NCBI RefSeq assembly: GCF_006345805.1 | Contig: NC_043009.1 | Coordinates: 2,604,001-2,668,000 of the forward strand | Direction of reading: 5' to 3' | Length of the DNA: 64,000 nucleotides | Source: Octopus sinensis | Taxonomy: Eukaryota | Shown: positions 55,840 through 64,000 of the stretch, in pieces | How positions within the stretch are numbered: the first letter of the stretch is position 1 | Layout of the letters: each line of letters opens with the position of its first letter | Program-made: the position numbers and the translations under genes | The notes under the pieces: model-generated | Databases searched by the model: none | The model's input: the letters and a program-made list of their open reading frames with translations, nothing else | Told to the model about the DNA's origin: nothing

Positions 55840-58562
55840 AAGAGAGAAATACAGAGAAAGAGAGAGAGAGAGAGAGAGAGATACAGAAAGAAGCAGATAC
55901 AAAGACTGAGAGAGACAGAGAGAGCAACAGAGAAAGATATAAAGGATGTTGGAGATAGTAAGGCAGAAACAGAGAGAGTATAAGAGAAAGAATCAAAATG
56001 AGATAGATTACATGAAGTAGAGTTGTGTGTGTATGTGTGTGTGCGTGTGTGTGTGTGTGTGTAAGTGTGTGTATGGGTATCATTGTACAGATTACTTAGA
56101 CATCTGTATACATCCATCGCATCTACATCAAGTCAATCGGTTGGTGGTGTACATCATTCTCTAATTTTCTCACATTATGGCATTTGGGCAGTGAGATCGA
56201 TGCAAGCAAACTGCTGGTCAGTTACACTTTGAGTCTTTGCCTTCCTAATTACAGCTATATGAACTTAAACATTGAGGTATTCATTGCGATTCACACAGGC
56301 ACAACTCAAATGTATTGATGTGATCCGACCAAGAACGGTTTCTTAGCAATTCGACACGATCCTTTGAGGACGTGTTTATTTTTATCAACTTATGTAGCAC
56401 CTTTGACTTTATTTTATCCATCATTTATATGTATGTATGCATGTATGTATGTATTCATTTACATATACACATATCAGATATTCATGGTCCTATTTTCAGT
56501 TTCATTTAATATTCACAGGTGGCATATGAATATGAGACAAACATAAGCTCTGGAAAATAAATCAACGAATACCAAGGAAAAATGTCTCGACTGCAGGTGT
56601 TGCAGTAGCAATGTAGTTTTACAGAGACATAGATATCATATCTTTTACCTATACCCATTGCTGAATTATGTATATTGTCTCTCTTGTCTGCAGAAACGTA
56701 TAACATTATTCAATCATTTGAATAAAATATTCTGCTTTCCACAAGACTTGATCTACAATTTTCCCTCCATTCAAAAGGATTCGATCCTAGAGTTATACAT
56801 CTCTTATCGTAGTTCTTTCACCAGTTTAGCATCGGACTATAGTTCCTTTAATAGCTGTTATATCATCTGGAACGTGTGCACAGTTAAACAATAATATTGA
56901 GACACCACCTCATAAAGTTTTATACCTAAAGTACGTTAACAATATACTTGCAGACATTGTAATTCATCGAATGATTGTAACACACAGCAACACATTACTT
57001 TTAACATCGCATAGAAAATTTCAGAATACCTTGGAAACACTTTTGGAGGAGATCAATAAACCCATTTATGACAGTTCGATTGTTTTTACAATCGGTGCAT
57101 CTCAGACAAAATTTCTGTTAAGTTTTACCAGGCTCTTATATTGCAACGTGTTGAATTAAAAGATTTTTCCCACGAACAGCGCTATAAAGCCTGCAGCTAC
57201 CAATATAGACGACAAATAACTCAGTCTGTTCGCATTACTATTAATATATTCGTTGAATTGACACAATTATTTAGTGAGAAAGTTTTCTTCACTAGTGAAT
57301 GAGGCAAGTTTACAATTGTGAATATTGCTAAACTAAAGTAGTTGTGACTGCTGTGAAGTTATGAAATGCTGAATCGCATTTAAATATTTTACCTGGGGTA
57401 ATGTACTGATTTCTATAGAGTTAAGCATAATAATTTTATGGATCATATTCTGCAACACGGTTTCGATATCAATCAGGAGACAAAAGCGGGCATCTTATTC
57501 CTTCAACGCTGATATGAAGTCCCAGAGACAAATGCCGTTCATTGTCTTTTGTTAAAGATTGCGAATAGGAATATATTATTCCTCAAGAAACTGCTTCTTA
57601 TAATTATACCTGTGTTAATTAACAATTGAATAGAAGGCGTTTGAAAATTCATGGACAAAAAATGTAATTAAAACATATTTCTAGACATACAGAAACACTA
57701 CCTTGAATGTATGTATATAAATATTTTTTTTATGAACACACGCATGCACACACGTGGACATAAACACGTATGTATGAACATATATGTGCATGCGTGCAGG
57801 TACGTGTGTGTGTGTTTGTGTGTTTATGTGTGAGTGTGCGTGCGCCTGCGTGTGTGTGAAGGTCAGGTTGTTTCGGAGGAGTTTATATGATAACTATTAT
57901 TTCTGTGTTAACAGACACGGAATGAATCTCAAAGTTATACCTACATTACAAACACATATATCCCAAAATATTCATGCACACCTGTATATTCTCCTGTGTA
58001 TTATCTACCTTTTCTCGCTCTTTGTCTCTGTAAATATCCTTGTTTGCCTTTTACTCTTTCCGTCCGTCACCTTTGCTTATACCTGTCTTCTCTCATAGCT
58101 CGTCCTCCTAGCATTCATAATAATGTTTCTATCGTCTCGGCTAAACATACCTCACCGTTTCTTTTTACTGTCTTGTTCTCACTGTATTGTTCTTGTTACC
58201 ATTCTTATCCTCCGCAAAAGAATCCCAAATTTTATTAAAATTGCATTGCGGGAAAGACTGTTTCAACGAGGTTATGTATTGTCCTTACCTTCTGAACGCG
58301 GAGTAGATGAAACAAGGACAACTGATGAAGGGAAATATTCTTTATGTTGCATGTCTCGTTTCTCTGTCGGTTATTTATCATTGTTCGTTATCTGTGTTTT
58401 TGGTTTATGTTTCCTTTTCTTATTGTGTTCAACATTTTGTGATGTCCTGTACCCATATATGCATGTATATAAACATATATATGTAGGTATGTACATATAT
58501 GTATGGATATATGCATATATATACACATTCTTAATTTGTTTTCATTATTTCTTTCTGTGTTC

Positions 58563-58598
58563 CTTTCTGTGGAAGGGCGCAGGCTCGAAACGTTAAAG
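58563..58598 (+). ncRNA. Degenerate minimal hammerhead-like motif
   Basis: cttt-CTGTGGA-A-gggc(gcag)gctc-GAAA-cg-TT-aaag. All three stems form, but core A6 is U and the triplet is GUU. Confidence 0.4.
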
Positions 58599-58676
58599 AC
58601 ATTTTCACTTCCATAGCATTAATACATTTCCTTGTTGTCTACACAATCTGTCTTCGTCGTTTTTGGGTGAATTCTT

Positions 58677-58726
<50 letters not shown>

Positions 58727-59258
58727 CAGGACGTGTGGCCTACTTGTTTTACTCACGACCGCTAGATCGTGCTTTCGGTTCGTAGACCGAGAAGAGTGCT
58801 GTAAACGTGAACAAAACAAGTCATCACCCATTGATCTCTGATCACTTCGACACCTGACGCATATTACACTGAGAACCTCTTCAGTCGACATCGATTTGAT
58901 GGAGAGAGTGAGTTAATATACGGCACATATATGTAATCACTAAAAACAAATTATTTGCTCAGGCCATTTGCTAAAACAAAAAAATGTACTCTCATGCATC
59001 ATCGACGGGAGAGTCCATCACATATATACATGCATACACGTATTCATAAATACATGCACATAATCATAAATACATACATCTACTACATATGTGCAAAAGT
59101 TTTGTCTGTGGGTGTGTTTCTGGTGTTGTTAGCTACATACTCCTACATTGTTTTATTGGTTTTGATGAAACTTCACACGTGATTAGAACGCATGCCTGGA
59201 AACATCATGGCATACTCAGATTGTTGAAAAAAGTCGATAATAGGGCCCCTGGAAGGGA

Positions 59259-59962
59259 TCCTTATATATATTTAATATATTTTGCTTTAAAAATCAAGGG
59301 AAATAACGCAAGCGCCTCTGGAAAGGATCCTTATATATAGCCAGGGGAAATAACCCATTCATTTTTCCTAAATTATTTGGTAAAAATGAAATTGAGTATG
59401 TTTATTTGTTAGTATTTGACTGCTAGAGTTGTTTTCGCAACTTATCCAGTACAACCTTTAAACAAGTAAATAGTATTTACCTAAACAACAGATCCACTTA
59501 TTTCGGTTAGTGACTTATATACCAATACTAACTTCCCTGAGGGTAATATTCTTTGGGAACGCACAAAAGCCCTTTTCAGAGATATGTACTTTGAATTGTT
59601 ATTATCTCATTTCTGATTAGCCTGTTATTATTTTAGTATATATACCTTATTAGTATTTCCTCCTATGTTCTATATACTCTGGGAACGCATTAAAGCCCCT
59701 TTCGGGGCTGCTTTATATGATTATTATATAATTTATATGGTTATTATATAACTGACTTCACAATTTGGTTATTCATAACTTATAGGGAATTCCTAAAAAC
59801 AAGATCCTGCGTAAGACAGTTCGGTATTCTTTGTAAATGCACAAAACCCGTTTTAATGGTTACCTACTTTGTATTGATGTTATTAGATTAGCGAAACAAT
59901 TATGAGAACGAAACCAAGGGATAAGCCCCACTTTCCTGAGAATTAACGGGTACGTCAGCTAG
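59259..59962 (+). mobile_element. Helitron-like non-autonomous element with internal subrepeats
   Basis: a|TCCTTATATATA at 59259 and 59328; ends acgggtacgtcagCTAG|t; three copies of a gggaacgcac.aaagccc-like motif at ~59547, ~59675 and ~59825. Confidence 0.5.
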
Positions 59963-61291
59963 TATATTCATATATACCTACATATATATCCGTACACATA
60001 TATATATATATAGTTTCTGTATGTTTGCGTGTGCTTGGCTGTGTGTGTGTGTGTGTGATTGTGTAAATCGTAAATCGTTCACATTATTTATATGCCGTTA
60101 AGTTTATGTCCGGTGATAGAGTGATCAATGGTTTCGGATCCATATTATATGTCCTAGTCTTCTGGACGTGTCGTCAGACTGCCAAGCCGAAGACGTATAA
60201 CTCTTCAACTGTGAAAGGCAAGAATTCGTTACGGTGTTTTAGTTAATAAGTAACCAAAGAATAAATAGTCCGGGTTGGCGAGGACGGGTTGTCTCACTTA
60301 GACCAGTTCATGTGGGCCAAAAGAGAGGGAACCCTTAGGCTGCTTTTATTTCTTAAGGACCTTTTCGGATCTTATCGATGAACGGGAAATTACATGATTA
60401 CAGCATGTAGCGTTTGAAAAAGACGCAGGGACTGTAAATTTCCTGCCGAGAGTTCAGTAACTCTGGTTTGAAGAAGTCTTTGAGGTCCGTTGTTCGCTTA
60501 GCTATGTAAAGCTTGCAGCGTCCGCTCCTGTTAATGTAAAATCCCGACCGCTCTATAACCCTTCACTTGATATCGTATGGAGGTTCCTTCATCTTTGAGA
60601 CGCCATGTGTGGCTTTCGTCTTTCCGTCTATTTATAGTATAAAATTTATGTGGGCAGCTGGGTGCAATCTAAACAGTATAGACTAAATTTAGCTGTCACT
60701 AATTGTGGCTGTATGTGCTGCAAGAGAACACATTGCTAGAAATAGCAGTTAAAACACTTATAGTTGCGAAAAAGCATATTTATGTTTGCTGACAGGGTAG
60801 ATAAACACCTCATAAATAAGTGAAGCTACAGCACTGGAATGAAGCTTGAATACCCACGCACACAGACACACATACACGTACCGACATATACACACAGATA
60901 TATAGAGAGAGAAGTGGAGAAAAAGAGAAAGATAGAGAGAAACAGAGAGAGTGATAGAGATGGAGAGACAGGAAATGAAAAATAGACACACGTACTTAAA
61001 TATGCGTATACGAACATGCCCCAGATTACACACGGGCATATACGAATATATATATAAGAGGTATTGGTGTCATTGAGACCAAAAGATGTCAGCTAATGCT
61101 GAATAAGTGATATAGACAGACAATAGCTAAGTTCCAGGTTCGGTAATTTTGCGAATACGGGGTCCAACGTTGGTTCTATGTCAGCGGGTGTATATAAGAA
61201 TTTTTTGCGTAGTGTAGTTATTAGAACATTTATAAATGTTCTTATATTTACACAGCCTTATTTTTTTTATCTCATTACACCAAAAATTCTT

Positions 61292-61408
<117 letters not shown>

Positions 61409-61967
61409 GGAGAGAGGCAGATAAGTGTGAGAAGGTGTAAGTTTGCTACATGGAAGTATATATTATAAATATTACTCGTAACAATCCACTTTCGAAATAA
61501 GTTTAATCTATAAAACTCACACAATTTCTATTAAAAGTATACATTAGCATGTTTTGGAAAATTTGTATTGAAATTCAGTAGCTGCAATAAACGTTAACTT
61601 TCCCTGTTGTTGCATCATACTATCGCGACATATTCTTCAATTACTTGGAGATGCAGATTGTAACTGTTGACTGCAACTTTGCAACAAGACGCACTGAGTA
61701 ACGCCACTTAACTCAAGATTGGCCTGCAGTGAAACACCTGTTCTCGTATAAATATTTGGATGACTAACAGAGAAAAAATAGCCGTGAGCATAATCAAAAC
61801 ACTTGCAATCGCACAGTTGAATATACGCATGTACAACCAAATATATACACGTGTCATAAAACGAAGGGATAAATGCATGCCAATCATACTAAACGCTGAT
61901 ACATAAACAGATACGTAGTCAGTCACAGATCTATAAGTACATATCTATCTATCTATCTATTTCTCTG

Positions 61968-62010
<43 letters not shown>

Positions 62011-62057
62011 GTCTATCTATCTATCTATCTATCCATCTGTCTATCTATCTATCTATC

Positions 62058-62104
<47 letters not shown>

Positions 62105-62182
62105 TTGTTTGTGTGTGTACGTGTGCGTGTGTGTGTTGTTTATATGAATACATGTACAATACATGTATATGTATAACAAATA

Positions 62183-62215
<33 letters not shown>

Positions 62216-63290
62216 GTGTATATATATATATATATATATAGGGAGAGAGAGAGAGAGAGAGCGACATATATAGATTGAAAGAGAAAGAGAGAGAATTGGA
62301 GCGTGTATTTCGGTGCAGGTTTTTATATGTAAGCGGTTATGTTGCTGTCTGTTTTTTCATGTATGTGTGATCAATTGGAAGAAACAGAAGCAATATAATA
62401 TTTGCCGGATATATATATGTGTGTGTGTGTGTGTTAGTATGTGTGTGTATGTGTTTCTGTGTGTGTGTGTGTGTGTGCGTCTGTGGGCATATTTTGTATG
62501 CGTTTTCGTGTGAAATAAATGTTGGTCTGTGTTTGATGAAGGTTTCACTGCTGTCACTCAATGAAGACGTGTTATATTAGGGTTTTTTTTCTTCACACAC
62601 ACACACAACAATAGAGAACATATTCGAAGGTGTAACCTTACTAGGATTTCGACAACAACCTTTACCTTACAAGTGTAAGTTAAAGAAAACATAGCAGTTC
62701 ATGTTTTCTCGGACCCGATTTTGCAGAAATATTACTGTTAATAAAGTGAAAAAAAAAAGAAAAACGCGAAAGAAATGAAAACAATGAATAAAAACAATAA
62801 TAAATTGTTAGAAAATGGGAAAATAATTACCTCCCAAATGAATAAATATTGCCATTTGGCTATAAAATGTCTAACAAGATCAGTAAGAAAAACTACATCG
62901 TGCATGTATGCACCTCATCGGGAGTAAAAAGTCTATCTAATATAAAATTGATACCGTTTGATATGGAGGAGTTTGCAGAGATATCAGTAGCTTAGTATAA
63001 TGCTGTTCATAAGGCAAGTAGAAAAGGGATAGTCTAGCGTAATGGAATACAAAAGCCCGTTTGAGGAGTAACGTACAGGTGAGTTTCATATTGAGTCCAT
63101 TCAGGAGTAGGAGTCAAGTCTGGTAGATGTTATCAGTGAAACATCTTCCATCGTTTGAAAAAGAATAAATGGCACAAAAATAGCCAATAGAAATATAATA
63201 TTTAGCTGTATCGGGGTTGGAGTGTCATGATGACTATACCATACAGATACACCGGTTGGTTCATTGTTTAACCAATGAACTAATCGACTC

Positions 63291-63327
<37 letters not shown>

Positions 63328-63440
63328 GAAGTTTGTCAATAACTTTTCGTTACCATTCGCCACATCATCAGTGAATATGACCTCTGCAATCCGGATCTGC
63401 TCCAGACAGTTGATAACGACAAAAGGAAGGCAGGACCAGT

Positions 63441-63656
63441 ATCTTTTATTGTTTTACTTGTTTCAGTCATTTGACTGCGGCCATGCTGGAGCACCACGTT
63501 TAGTCGAGCAAATCGACCTAAGGACTTATTCTATCGGCTTCTTTTGCCGAACCGCTATGTTACGGTGACGTAAACACACCAGCATCGGCTGTCAAGCGAT
63601 GTTGGGGGGACAAACACAGACGCACAAACATACACACACACACACACACACTCACA

Positions 63657-63714
<58 letters not shown>

Positions 63715-63877
63715 CATACATACGACGGGCTTCTTTCAGTTTCCGTCTACCAAATCCATTCACAAGGATTTGGTCGGCCCGAGGCTATAGTCGGAGACAC
63801 TTGCCGAAGGTGTCACGCAGTCGAACTGAACTCGAACCATGTGGTTGGTAAGCACCCTACTTACCATACAGTCACTC
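63441..63877 (-). mobile_element. Near full-length SINE family B
   Basis: Reverse complement of tail, body, CA/TA linker, core and head (gaactgaactcgaaccatgtggttggtaagc...ttaccatacagtcactc). Confidence 0.85.
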
Positions 63878-64000
63878 GACCCTCCTGAGAGACAGCAAAA
63901 CATGTTTCTACTCATAGGTTTACATCAAGAATTCTGCAAACCAAATGCAAAACGAAATAGATCTTCACTTTTCTAAAAGTATAATATTTTTTATTCAAAT

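Noticed and set aside
57445-57480. Minus-strand CTGATTGA-tatc-GAAAccgtg
   Set aside because: No stem II, and the triplet would be GUG, which is not cleavable.
54713-60555. 13-bp inverted match tagagcggtcggg / cccgaccgctcta suggesting related LTRs
   Set aside because: Matches of this length are expected by chance in 64 kb, and no LTR termini could be defined.

Overview
This is AT-rich eukaryotic DNA, dense in microsatellites and retroelements. The SINE families and the TA/CA/TAA/ATCT tracts point to a coleoid cephalopod, most likely Octopus; this is an inference from repeat content. No intact host gene is evident, and almost all ORFs in the track are microsatellite artefacts. Recognisable content: (1) a 4.5-kb decayed Ty3/Gypsy LTR element with integrase before RT and RNase H (Gmr1-type order), both LTRs, PBS and PPT (18976-23486); (2) next to it, a 1.7-kb array of a ~560-bp non-coding unit, tandem and asymmetrically inverted, carrying three canonical minimal type I hammerhead ribozymes (23553-25267), which looks like a retrozyme or non-autonomous Penelope-like element; (3) a 5'-truncated Penelope-like element (GIY-YIG) with inverted terminal repeats that each carry a U3-A8 covariant hammerhead, inserted in the (TA)n linker of a SINE (39181-40664); (4) two different R4/Dong-type RLE retrotransposons stacked in one (TAA)n tract (49562-52139); (5) many tRNA-derived SINEs, one flanked by a 185-bp direct duplication; (6) Helitron/Helentron-like non-autonomous elements and old LINE, hAT and Gypsy relics. 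The ribozyme-bearing elements that target microsatellites are the most interesting signal. The foldback and tandem structures need read-level confirmation to exclude assembly artefacts.
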